Sequence record: MN106245.1
Reading direction: 5' to 3' (one strand)
Origin: Klebsiella phage EI
DNA length: 64,000 nucleotides
The notes under the pieces are model-generated. The model saw only the letters and a program-made list of their open reading frames with translations. It had not been told where the DNA came from and searched no databases. The position numbers were made by a program, and so were the translations under genes. This document shows positions 30,301 through 39,396 of the stretch, piece after piece; the stretch's first letter is position 1; each line of letters begins with the position of its first letter.

Positions 30301-30490
30301 TGGTTAAATCTCTTAGTTTAGATATTTTAAAAAGCTCGCTTTCAGCGTGCAGTGAAGTATTACCATCAACCCAGTTTACATTATACCACGGTTCGATGTG
30401 GTACTGTGGAATTGCTTCTAAACAATAGATAACAACACCTGGGATACCAGAGATGCCTAATGAGACTGTATCATGTCTTCTAAAGCGCAT
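30278..30490 (-). CDS. hypothetical protein (70 aa)
   Basis: ORF in the 30.x operon. Confidence 0.4.
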   Translation of the reverse strand: MRFRRHDTVSLGISGIPGVVIYCLEAIPQYHIEPWYNVNWVDGNTSLHAESELFKISKLRDLTNEEGYSY

Positions 30491-30662
30491 AGCGGTCCTT
30501 TAATTTTTCAAGGTCTACAGATGACTCGAAGTCCGTTATAACTATGTAATTTCCTTGTTCGAGTCGTTTCTTCAGGACTTCCATATAGAAGCCTGATTTA
30601 GGCCACCCAGCCGTGATTAGATGGATTTCGCCTTGTTTAAAACCATTAGCTACTTGAATCAT
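30480..30662 (-). CDS. hypothetical protein (60 aa)
   Basis: ORF in the 30.x operon. Confidence 0.4.
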   Translation of the reverse strand: MIQVANGFKQGEIHLITAGWPKSGFYMEVLKKRLEQGNYIVITDFESSVDLEKLKDRYAL

Positions 30663-30823
30663 TGCACTGTAACCCAGTTAGGAAACTCAAAGAACTCTGG
30701 AGCATCTACGTAATAAACCACTTTATTACTTTCAACTTCACAACTAATAACTTCGATCATTTCGTTATTCATCAAGCAACGAGCCAGACGTGGAGCTTGG
30801 GCTTTAGGAACAGAAACACGCAT
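30659..30823 (-). CDS. hypothetical protein (54 aa from the internal Met)
   Basis: RBS GAGGAAAATATT-ATG at the internal Met; the longer ORF-track version would overlap the upstream gene by 53 nt. Confidence 0.4.
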   Translation of the reverse strand: MRVSVPKAQAPRLARCLMNNEMIEVISCEVESNKVVYYVDAPEFFEFPNWVTVQ

Positions 30824-30833
30824 AATATTTTCC

Positions 30834-31118
30834 TCAGAACTTAGTTTTGAATTTATTAGGCTCTTTAGGCATAACGGCGTTATCACCGTTATCGTCAGAA
30901 TAACCTACAGGACAGCCTGTAACTAATTTTTCCAGATGTGCGTTGATATAGTTGATCTGCAAAGAGTCAACGCCGTTGATAAGACGAAACTCTACAGGAC
31001 AATATTTATCAATATACTTACGAACAGCATCAATAGTAGGTACTTTACCATCGAAGGTATCACTAATGATAGTTTCGATGCCTTTACGTTTTTCGTTCCA
31101 GAAGCTTGATACGATCAT
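30834..31118 (-). CDS. hypothetical protein (94 aa)
   Basis: ORF in the 30.x operon; ATGA overlap with its upstream neighbour. Confidence 0.45.
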   Translation of the reverse strand: MIVSSFWNEKRKGIETIISDTFDGKVPTIDAVRKYIDKYCPVEFRLINGVDSLQINYINAHLEKLVTGCPVGYSDDNGDNAVMPKEPNKFKTKF

Positions 31119-31591
31119 TTGAATTTTACCTCTACAGATGCAGTAGCTTCGATTTTCAGAACCTGAACAACCACTTCAGGAACAGCATTAAGAGCTTGAC
31201 GTTCAGCGAACTCATAAGCATCTTTAGAAGTCAAAGGACCTAAAATAGCTTTGGAGTCTTTGTTAACGGTAAGAACGTAATAATCGGCTTCTTCAGAAGG
31301 AGCCACCACAGGATCTGTCTCAATCAAATGGAACCCGGGAATAGCACTATTGTACGCGGTATCTAAGAAGATACACCAGTACTCGGAAAGCTCACCTTCG
31401 TAGGCTCGAAGGACTTTGCCACCTGGGATCTCAATAGCTAGAATGTTACCGCCTTCATCAGAATCCAAAACCTTGAATGGTAAATTAGTAGGATTACAGT
31501 CAACAAAAACTTCATCTATTTTGCTATAACGACCTAAGTATTCATTGAACTTCTCTGTAGACACTTTAAATGTTTTACCAGTAACGCTCAT
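31115..31591 (-). CDS. hypothetical protein (about 158 aa, 30.3 position)
   Basis: RBS GAGGAAATCACT-ATG at the internal Met (MSVTGKTFKV...); the ORF-track N-terminal extension runs through the upstream UUCG hairpin. Confidence 0.5.
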   Translation of the reverse strand: MSVTGKTFKVSTEKFNEYLGRYSKIDEVFVDCNPTNLPFKVLDSDEGGNILAIEIPGGKVLRAYEGELSEYWCIFLDTAYNSAIPGFHLIETDPVVAPSEEADYYVLTVNKDSKAILGPLTSKDAYEFAERQALNAVPEVVVQVLKIEATASVEVKFK

Positions 31592-31607
31592 AGTGATTTC
31601 CTCAAAG

Positions 31608-31625
31608 ATGGGGCCGAAGCCCCAT
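31608..31625 (-). terminator. UUCG-tetraloop hairpin (- strand transcript) in the 30.x cluster
   Basis: + strand atggggc-cgaa-gccccat. Confidence 0.5.
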
Positions 31626-31629
31626 TCAA

Positions 31630-31797
31630 TTAACCGATAAAGGTCCAATGAGTTAAATCAATAAGACCTTTAGCTTTCATTTTTTCAATCAGGTCATCAG
31701 CCACTTGACGACCGTTTTTGTAATACGTTACATCTTCTGAGTAACCGTCTTCATCTTCGTAAGTCACGGAAATGATTTTACCAACAACAATGGTTTT
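31630..31797 (-). CDS. possible small ORF (55 aa, TTG start, ...YEDEDGYSEDVTYYKNGRQVADDLIEKMKAKGLIDLTHWTFIG)
   Basis: Coding-like sequence fills an otherwise empty 150-nt gap; weak RBS GAAGAG; non-ATG start. Confidence 0.3.
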   Translation of the reverse strand, partial: KTIVVGKIISVTYEDEDGYSEDVTYYKNGRQVADDLIEKMKAKGLIDLTHWTFIG

Positions 31798-31802
31798 CAA
31801 AA

Positions 31803-31994
31803 CTACTCTTCACCAGTGAAGAAATTAGTCAAACGAATTTTCCATGAGAAATCATCTGAAGGGCCTTCAGGAGTCATACAGTAAACCAGTTCGAATTGCT
31901 CTTTGCTAAGCATCCACTGGGCTTCGTGAACTACTTGGGCTTTATAGCCGTCATGGTCTTTACACTTAACAGTAGCATTCAGATTGATTTTCAT
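31803..31994 (-). CDS. hypothetical protein (63 aa)
   Basis: ORF in the 30.x operon. Confidence 0.45.
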   Translation of the reverse strand: MKINLNATVKCKDHDGYKAQVVHEAQWMLSKEQFELVYCMTPEGPSDDFSWKIRLTNFFTGEE

Positions 31995-32098
31995 TTTATT
32001 CTCCGGTTTGTCGGTGTAAGAGTACTATACCACAACCTAAAGGTGATGTAAACACCGCTACTAAAACAAAAAAGGGACTCCCGTAGGAGTCCCTAAAC

Positions 32099-32281
32099 TT
32101 ATGCCTTCGGCTTACCAAAACGAGAAGCATCATCGCGAAGAACCGCACGAGCCCGACGCATGATTTTCTCAACCGTCTGATTGATACGCTTGTTCGACGC
32201 ACGCTTGTAGCCAGCGCGTTTAGAGGTACCAACAACTTCTTTTACTGCAGTTTTTGCTTTTGCTTTTGCTTGTTTAGCCAT
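32099..32281 (-). CDS. small very basic protein (MAKQAKAKAKTAVKEV...RRARAVLRDDASRFGKPKA)
   Basis: RBS GGAAG before the third Met; Lys/Arg-rich; codons look GC-richer than the neighbouring genes. Confidence 0.45.
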   Translation of the reverse strand: MAKQAKAKAKTAVKEVVGTSKRAGYKRASNKRINQTVEKIMRRARAVLRDDASRFGKPKA

Positions 32282-32311
32282 TATAAAGTCTTCCATTTTG
32301 GAGAAATACAT

Positions 32312-32650
32312 GGGAGCACGTTCTTCCGAGGTTCAACTTCTTTCGACAGTTCTTTCGGTTGTAGCTCCCGCAAGCCCTCAAGGGGCAACGTTTAAACTCT
32401 TATCTGTTGCACACCGTTAGCTTAAAGGTTCCGGGTCCGATTTATCGGGGATAAGATATACACCGATGGATGTATAGGCCTTGAGGCGTACTCCCGATTG
32501 GCCATCGCCTCGGGGTAGCATGCACTTGCCGTTTATTTTCTAGCTGCACTTTGGTAGCAAATCACCGTTGGTTTCGGGTGTTTTACGTGGGGATAACCAA
32601 CAACGTCCACATCATACGTTACCCATGCGTACACATGGTGGGCGTACAAA
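32312..32650. other. 340-bp ORF-free, relatively GC-rich, stem-rich region (candidate structured RNA or cis element)
   Basis: No ORF longer than about 33 codons on either strand in a genome that is otherwise about 95% coding; multiple short inverted repeats (gggagc...gctccc, gccctcaaggggc, gaggcg...cgcctc) and direct repeats (ttctttcg x2, gcgtaca x2). Confidence 0.4.
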
Positions 32651-32899
32651 TTACTTCAGCGTCACCACAAAGTGGCGAACAGCTTTATGAGCCTTAGCAC
32701 ACAGAGGCTTAGCATATTTCAGTTCATCTTTAGCAGCTAGTTCAGCTTCAAGAGCTTTCTGGGCCGGATTTAGATGTTTGAAGTAACCAAGCAGATCAAG
32801 CATTGCTGCTTCGACGTCGATGGAGGCACCGTAGTTCTCGTGGCCATTGTTCCAGGATTGACGCTGGATGTCAAGTACAAATTTGATAGTATCTTTCAT
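32651..32899 (-). CDS. rIII: rIII lysis-inhibition accessory protein
   Basis: 82 aa, the T4 rIII length; ...QSWNNGHENYGASIDVEAAMLDLLG.F..LNPAQKALEAE.AAK.ELKYAKP...KAHKAVRHFVVT.K; adjacent to gene 31. Confidence 0.8.
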   Translation of the reverse strand: MKDTIKFVLDIQRQSWNNGHENYGASIDVEAAMLDLLGYFKHLNPAQKALEAELAAKDELKYAKPLCAKAHKAVRHFVVTLK

Positions 32900-33004
32900 T
32901 ATAGAACCTCAAGTGAGGTGGATAAAAGGTGGAACCTTAAGACTCATTTAGCTTAACGCATCTCCACCACATAGAAGAGTCATCTCTTCATACTTTTATT
33001 TATA

Positions 33005-33334
33005 TCACTTATAAACACACGTCAAATTTTTATAGTGTACAGTGACGAATTTCTGCTTAATATCTTTGGCTTTAGCTATACCAGCAGCAACCAAAGGATG
33101 GGTTACGTGTTTAATACTACCTAAAGGAGTAGGGGTCAGATCACCGACTTCAACGAACCCTTTAGGAACATCTTCACCGATAGAATAGATTTCACATAGT
33201 TCAGGAACTTCGCCTTGAGAGCGGCGTTGTTCAATGATAATACCGCCAGCAGAAACTTCTGGCTCGCCAGCCTGGGCAGGTTCAGACACTAAAATAACAT
33301 ACTCACCAAGAGCACGAATTGGTAAATCAGTCAT
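33005..33334 (-). CDS. 31: gp31 co-chaperonin (GroES-like)
   Basis: 109 aa; ...[23 protein letters not shown]...[13 protein letters not shown]...S.G.DVP.GF.EVGDLT..P.G.I..V.HP.VA.G... is near-identical to T4 gp31. Confidence 0.95.
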   Translation of the reverse strand: MTDLPIRALGEYVILVSEPAQAGEPEVSAGGIIIEQRRSQGEVPELCEIYSIGEDVPKGFVEVGDLTPTPLGSIKHVTHPLVAAGIAKAKDIKQKFVTVHYKNLTCVYK

Positions 33335-33398
33335 AGTTATCTCTTTTGTTGTTAGGATAGAATAATAATATCAAAACATTCTTAAAGCATATAACAGA

Positions 33399-33722
33399 TT
33401 AGCCAACAAATTGGAGTAAATGCTCTGCTTTCATACCGTTAACAGAGATCAGTTTGTCGATGCTGAATCCACGCCATTGTTTTAATTCGGTATCAAACAG
33501 AGGAACCATATCGGTGGATTCTTTACGTGGCTTAGAAGGATTCACATAACTTTCATAGATCTCAGCGCCAACTAGAGAAGAAACTACATCTTTATCACGG
33601 GTACCTTTCATAGTACGAATAGTGCCGTCTGCTTTTTCGAAAACTATATCTGATACGCCCATAGATAGTTTGACTTTCAGAACTTCACGCAGAGCAATTT
33701 TTTGGTCAGTAGTTAATTTCAT
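33399..33722 (-). CDS. hypothetical protein (31.1 position)
   Basis: 107 aa ORF. Confidence 0.5.
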   Translation of the reverse strand: MKLTTDQKIALREVLKVKLSMGVSDIVFEKADGTIRTMKGTRDKDVVSSLVGAEIYESYVNPSKPRKESTDMVPLFDTELKQWRGFSIDKLISVNGMKAEHLLQFVG

Positions 33723-34054
33723 ACTTCTACCTTAATAAAGTTAAAGCGAACAGTGTATGCAGGTTTACCTTCAATTTCAGTAAAGTCTTTTACTTCACGT
33801 AGATAAACTACATCCGGATTAAATTTCACGATCTCAGAAACCAGGTGATCCAGATCCTGGGCCTTGAAAGATGCAATATCAACTTTGTAACGCTCACCAC
33901 GTTTTATAGTTTGTACAGAAAACGAAGGAGCGCCGATAACAATTACATTAATACCAGCGGCTTTAAGCATAGATGCAAATTCTTCAGTTGCATCCACAGG
34001 CTCTGGCATGGGCGGATTAATATTTACGACAGAGTCGAATTCGTTAAGATTCAT
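33719..34054 (-). CDS. hypothetical protein (31.2 position)
   Basis: 111 aa ORF; ATGA overlap with cd. Confidence 0.5.
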   Translation of the reverse strand: MNLNEFDSVVNINPPMPEPVDATEEFASMLKAAGINVIVIGAPSFSVQTIKRGERYKVDIASFKAQDLDHLVSEIVKFNPDVVYLREVKDFTEIEGKPAYTVRFNFIKVEV

Positions 34055-34614
34055 TATTCACCACAAAAATTACGAATCTGTTCCCAGTTCAGAGAGTTAA
34101 GATTCTTACGGTTATATTCAATAACTTCAATTCCGGCTTCAACTAGAATATCGGCCCAGTCATCAGGAGAGCGATCATAGCGCTCTGCATAAACAACTTT
34201 TTTAATACCTGACTGAGAAATAGCTTTAGTACAATCAGGGCAAGGAGACGCGGTGCAATACAGCGTAGAGCCTTCAATTGAAGAACCTTTACGGGCCGCG
34301 AACAAAATAGCGTTCAGTTCGGCATGGATTTCATTTTTAGAAGACCATTCACTATGTGCAGGTCTGTGTTCTTTAGCCAAAACCACTCGGCCACCTTTAC
34401 CTGAAATTCGCCCAGACCCAGAATTAGGAATAAACCTGGTCCAACCTTGCTGTGCAGCATGGTCACAACAGTTAGTTCCACCAGCCGGAGAACCGTTATA
34501 CCCTGTAGAAATGATGCGACCATCTTTTTCGATAACCGCACCTACTTTCCAAGAGCAACACTTTGATTCTTGGGAAATCAGATACGCGATTTGAAGATAC
34601 GTAGCAGCCCTCAT
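34054..34614 (-). CDS. cd: dCMP deaminase
   Basis: 186 aa; zinc-ligand motifs HAELNAI and PCPDC of the cytidine/deoxycytidylate deaminase family; position. Confidence 0.9.
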   Translation of the reverse strand: MRAATYLQIAYLISQESKCCSWKVGAVIEKDGRIISTGYNGSPAGGTNCCDHAAQQGWTRFIPNSGSGRISGKGGRVVLAKEHRPAHSEWSSKNEIHAELNAILFAARKGSSIEGSTLYCTASPCPDCTKAISQSGIKKVVYAERYDRSPDDWADILVEAGIEVIEYNRKNLNSLNWEQIRNFCGE

Positions 34615-34617
34615 TTT

Positions 34618-34839
34618 TTATTTCCTCAGTTTACAATTATCATAGTGCCATCGAACGGCAGTAGCTTTATTACATATTTTACCACAATGCGGGCAAGGAG
34701 GAACTTTAGCTTTAGGAACACCTTTTAATTTTTCAGAGATGGCAGCTTTTTGACTCTCAGAATTCGGTATTCCTGTCCGTGTAGCACATTTGGCTCTAAG
34801 AACTGGATTCTTCATTCTATCTCTTTGAGCTTTTGCCAT
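34618..34839 (-). CDS. small NUMOD3-like / zinc-finger ORF (possible C-terminal DNA-binding module of the adjacent HNH endonuclease)
   Basis: 73 aa; ...IPNSESQKAAISEKLKG... (NUMOD3-like) plus CPHCGK...HYDNC zinc finger. Confidence 0.45.
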   Translation of the reverse strand: MAKAQRDRMKNPVLRAKCATRTGIPNSESQKAAISEKLKGVPKAKVPPCPHCGKICNKATAVRWHYDNCKLRK

Positions 34840-34874
34840 TTTGGCTTTAGTCTCTTCAGAACGAGGAACTCCTT

Positions 34875-35186
34875 TTAATTTTCGGATAAAAGCTTTTTAG
34901 CTAAAGTGTAATCTCTAGAAGAGACTTTGTATCTTTCAACCCCGTGCTCATTTATCCTAGAATTGCACATCATTAAAAAGGCATAAATCATCGGCCCTTC
35001 ATAAATTTTAGCTAATAATTTGTGAGCTAAAAAGTGTTCTCTTCCTGTTAAATCGACTATGTTGGATTTGTCGTCAGAACCTCCCATAGACTTAGGGAGT
35101 ATATGATGAGATTCTGTATACCCAGAAACTTCTTTTCTGAGTGAGGCCTTTGCCATTAAGGCCTCATAAGCTTTTCTATAGTCCAT
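34875..35186 (-). CDS. HNH homing-endonuclease-like protein
   Basis: 103 aa; ...ESHHILPKSMGGSDDKSNIVDLTGREHFLAHKLL... is a canonical HNH motif (HH...N...H). Confidence 0.75.
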   Translation of the reverse strand: MDYRKAYEALMAKASLRKEVSGYTESHHILPKSMGGSDDKSNIVDLTGREHFLAHKLLAKIYEGPMIYAFLMMCNSRINEHGVERYKVSSRDYTLAKKLLSEN

Positions 35187-36165
35187 TCAGATTACGGAGA
35201 ACCATTTCAGTGGTTTCCCAGCCAATACACGGGTCAGTAATTGACACGCCATATTCAAGGTCTGTAGAAATCTTTTGATTACCTTGTTTAAGATTAGATT
35301 CTAACATAATTCCTCGAACGTTAGCCAATTCTGCTGCTTCAGCACAAACTGCAACCTGGTTCAAGAAAGAACCTTGGGCGTTAGCATGAGAGCAATCAAC
35401 CATCAAGTATTGGTTAACGCCTGCCTTCTGTGCCTGGGCGATAGCATCAAAGACTGATTCTTTATCGTAGTTAGTTCCTTCGGAACCGCCACGCAGAACA
35501 ATATGAGTGCTCTTGTTACCTGGTGCTGAGACGATACCGACTACACCGTTTTGGTCCATACCCATATAGTGGTGTGGGAACGCAGCCGATTGCATAGCGT
35601 CAGTAGCAACCTTAATAGAGCCATTTGTCCCGTTCTTAAAACCGACAGTCATTGGCAGACCTGAAGCAATTTCACGATGAGTCTGTGATTCGGTAGTGCG
35701 AGCACCGATTGCAACCCAAGAGAAAATACCAGACAGATATTTGATAGTGAACGGATCAAGAACTTCTGTTGCCAGTGGTAAACCCATTCGCAAAAGCTTG
35801 CGACATAAGGTGCGAGCAATACCCAGCCCAGTATTAATTTCAAATGAACCATCTAAGAACGGGTCATTGATAAGACCTTTCCAACCGACAGTTGTACGAG
35901 GTTTTTCAAAATAAACACGCATACAAAGCAGAAGATTAGGAAGTTCTTTTTGGAGTTCAGCCAGGCGCTCGCCATAATCAACTGCAGCAACTACGTCATG
36001 GATTGAACAAGGCCCTACTACAACCAGACGGCGTTTATCGCGCCCAGTCATAATCTTATCGATTTCTTGGCGGTGTAAACTGACTTGATTTTGCAGCTCT
36101 GGAGAAATCCTACAACGACGCTCAAGTTCAGCCGGGCTTATCATTCTTTCAATTAAAGGTCTCAT
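35176..36165 (-). CDS. aroG: 3-deoxy-D-arabino-heptulosonate-7-phosphate (DAHP) synthase, class I-alpha (AroG/AroF/AroH type)
   Basis: 329 aa; collinear with E. coli AroG: RRLVVVGPCSIHD, MRVYFEKPRTTVGWKGLINDP, AIGARTTESQTHREIASGL, VGFKNGTNGSIKVA, IMLESNLKQGNQ, ITDPCIGWE. Confidence 0.9.
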   Translation of the reverse strand: MRPLIERMISPAELERRCRISPELQNQVSLHRQEIDKIMTGRDKRRLVVVGPCSIHDVVAAVDYGERLAELQKELPNLLLCMRVYFEKPRTTVGWKGLINDPFLDGSFEINTGLGIARTLCRKLLRMGLPLATEVLDPFTIKYLSGIFSWVAIGARTTESQTHREIASGLPMTVGFKNGTNGSIKVATDAMQSAAFPHHYMGMDQNGVVGIVSAPGNKSTHIVLRGGSEGTNYDKESVFDAIAQAQKAGVNQYLMVDCSHANAQGSFLNQVAVCAEAAELANVRGIMLESNLKQGNQKISTDLEYGVSITDPCIGWETTEMVLRNLNGL

Positions 36166-36208
36166 ATGGTTCCTTACTTACATTATTCTCCAGTAAGAGC
36201 CGAAGCCC

Positions 36209-36445
36209 TTAGAAAGCATATACTGAGGTAGATTGAATATGACTATTAGGCAATAGCTCAATCAAGTAGTACTCTGACTTGAAACCTTTAACGGTAAATA
36301 GATAAGACGCAGGTGTTTCCTGCGTCACATTTAGCTTTGCGCTTGGGTTACGTTCAGATATCTTATTAATCAAAGATTGAGCAAACTTAGGAATTAGCTC
36401 GGCAAACTCTGAAGTTGTGAAGGTCTTATCACTGTACATAAACAT
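36209..36445 (-). CDS. hypothetical protein (78 aa)
   Basis: ORF in the cd-pseT hyperplastic region. Confidence 0.4.
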   Translation of the reverse strand: MFMYSDKTFTTSEFAELIPKFAQSLINKISERNPSAKLNVTQETPASYLFTVKGFKSEYYLIELLPNSHIQSTSVYAF

Positions 36446-36707
36446 TAACCTCTTGGGTGCCGAAAATGCCTGTTACTTCAACAGTGAATCCACCACCGCC
36501 TTCAAAGACAATTTCGACAACTGCCTGAAGGCCAATGCTATTTACTTCGAGAGATACTTTACCATGATTTGGAATAAGCGTATTAATAGCACTTGTGAAA
36601 TCCGCGTGCATTTTAGCTTTCAAGGAGTTGTCAAGAGTATCAGCACAGTAATTACCAACAATCTGCAATGCAACTACTTTAACTACTTCAGAATATTTAG
36701 GGAACAT
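36429..36707 (-). CDS. hypothetical protein (92 aa)
   Basis: ORF in the cd-pseT hyperplastic region. Confidence 0.4.
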   Translation of the reverse strand: MFPKYSEVVKVVALQIVGNYCADTLDNSLKAKMHADFTSAINTLIPNHGKVSLEVNSIGLQAVVEIVFEGGGGFTVEVTGIFGTQEVNVYVQ

Positions 36708-36716
36708 AGCTTTTCC

Positions 36717-36932
36717 TTAATGAACGGTGTGTACTTTAACATTAACAACGAAATGCGTATTAACATTAGAAAGAGGTAAAAACTCAACGTGGTACTCATC
36801 TTTGTAACGAGTGTTCAGGTCTGTACGAATACGCGCCAGTTCATTAATCAAAGCTGGGGTCACGCCCATTCCAACACATTTCCGAAGCATTTTGTAAGCT
36901 TCTTCTTCAACTTCATGATGCTTATTGTACAT
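36717..36932 (-). CDS. hypothetical protein (71 aa)
   Basis: ORF in the cd-pseT hyperplastic region. Confidence 0.4.
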   Translation of the reverse strand: MYNKHHEVEEEAYKMLRKCVGMGVTPALINELARIRTDLNTRYKDEYHVEFLPLSNVNTHFVVNVKVHTVH

Positions 36933-37090
36933 ATCATTTTCCTCAAGTACAAGTAGACTGGAAGTACATCATATCATGCCTTCCAGCCGTTGTAAACAGC
37001 TAGAAATCTTTCCACTTTCGGCCTTGCTGCCAGTCTGGGTGATTCAATCTTGGGTCATTAGGATCTGTGGTAGAAGACTTCTCTCCGGTT

Positions 37091-37685
37091 CTAGAAATGA
37101 GCCATTTTTCTAGATTTAGCAATTTCAGAATATTTCTTTTTAGCTTCATCAGTTCTTATTTTACCTGTGTTGGCTTCAGAGATTCTAGCGCTCCACTGCT
37201 TAATAGCAGATTCACTCATAAAATCTTTTACATTTTTACCGAACATAGGGTTAGAAGAACCTTCAAAGGACCCACCTCGTTCTAATCTAGTATCTCTGGA
37301 TTTTAGCCCATGCCCCGGAAGTTTTTTACCTTTTATCCAGGGTTCTGCACCTGAAGCGTATCGAGCCCTTTTGGCTTTTTGATATTTTACGAGAAGTTTC
37401 TTCACTAGAATTGTTGTTAAGCCCGTTATCGTTAATAAAATCCCAGCCGCCTTCTCCACCAGGCTTTAAGTTGTAGTTAGTATCTAAGCTAACAAACTGC
37501 TCGGTTACTAAGTCTTTTTCAAGAGAATAAGCTTCTTCTTTCGTATCGAAGATTGCTAAAATCTCTTTAACAAAGGAAGATTTACCGTACTTGGCTTCAG
37601 CATTCTTAAATGCTGTCCCAGACCCTAAATAAGAATCGTTCTCTTCTAATGTCTTGTGAACACCGATGTAAATTTTGTTATTCAC
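37091..37685 (-). pseudogene. GIY-YIG (Seg-like) homing endonuclease gene split by a frameshift
   Basis: N-terminal ORF (37326..37685) has KIYIGVHKT...YLGSG (GIY-YIG) and a NUMOD3-like SEETSRKISKSQKG; the second ORF (37091..37459) continues with NUMOD3-like GSSNPMFGKNVKD...SESAIKQWSARISEANTGK in another frame; the frame switch lies near tcaaaaagccaaaaggg. Confidence 0.6.
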
Positions 37686-37776
37686 AAAGACATGTTGTTT
37701 TATATACCGTATGTTTTTCCATAAACACCTCTAATGTTATAAAGGTATTTATTAAGTAAACTACGGTGATTTCTAA

Positions 37777-38691
<915 letters not shown>

Positions 38692-38848
38692 CTAAACATA
38701 TTTTTAATAATGGTCTTTTGCACATCAATAAGAGATAAATGCCTTTTCTCGCATTCTTGAGAACAGCCTTTCTCTACCAGATCGCACAGTGTAAGCCATA
38801 ATTTATCATACCTGTTAAGAGCAAGTAAGAACTGGCGCATATTCTCTG

Positions 38849-39058
38849 TCATTTCACTAACCCGTTTAAAAAGACATGCAACTTATTAGATGCTTCGGTC
38901 CAAGCCTGATGTTTATTGGTTCGATATTTCTTTAAAGCTGGGAACCGAGAGTATTCATCGTTCAAATCGTGCCGCTCACAAGCTCGACCATAAATAAGGC
39001 ATTTCATTTCAACTTCGGAAATAAGACCACGTAGTTCTTCGAGTTGTTCTTTAGTCAT
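38849..39058 (-). CDS. hypothetical protein (69 aa from the internal Met)
   Basis: RBS GAGGAACTTATT-ATG at MTKEQLEEL...; downstream of the spanin genes. Confidence 0.4.
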   Translation of the reverse strand: MTKEQLEELRGLISEVEMKCLIYGRACERHDLNDEYSRFPALKKYRTNKHQAWTEASNKLHVFLNGLVK

Positions 39059-39087
39059 AATAAGTTCCTCAAAAATTTTATCATCCG

Positions 39088-39107
39088 AGTGAGGCCGAAG
39101 CCTCACT
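39088..39107 (-). terminator. UUCG-tetraloop hairpin (- strand transcript)
   Basis: + strand agtgaggc-cgaa-gcctcact. Confidence 0.5.
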
Positions 39108-39396
39108 GACATTTCGGCTCTTTTAATGGAGCGCGATAATAACATATCACGTTATTAGATTGTTGTACATACCGAAGGATGTCGTTAGTCCAGATACGGA
39201 AATCCTGGAACTCGGTGAACGGCATGCCGACCCATTTCTGTCCGTCGATTTCATGCACCTGCCATTCTGCCTGATATTCTTTAATCGGGTCAGGCCAAGT
39301 AGCATCTACTCTTGGCGCAGGTTTCACTTCAGGAATCGCCTGAGAACATCCTACCAGAGCAAGAGATAAACATACAGCTGGTATCATTCTTTTCAT
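39103..39396 (-). CDS. o-spanin (outer-membrane lipoprotein, PseT.2 equivalent)
   Basis: 97 aa; signal peptide with lipobox LVGCS; immediately downstream of the i-spanin and overlapping it. Confidence 0.75.
   Translation of the reverse strand: MKRMIPAVCLSLALVGCSQAIPEVKPAPRVDATWPDPIKEYQAEWQVHEIDGQKWVGMPFTEFQDFRIWTNDILRYVQQSNNVICYYRAPLKEPKCQ

Noticed and set aside
32380-32440. Possible tRNA T-arm-like sequence (ggttccgggtcc) in the ORF-free island
   Set aside because: The loop does not fit the T-psi-C-R-A consensus and no acceptor or anticodon arms could be assembled by eye; no tRNA is called
36417-36779. 120-aa + strand ORF in the cd-pseT region
   Set aside because: All flanking genes are on the - strand in one transcription unit; the ORF is low-complexity (N/F/I-rich) and antisense to two - strand ORFs
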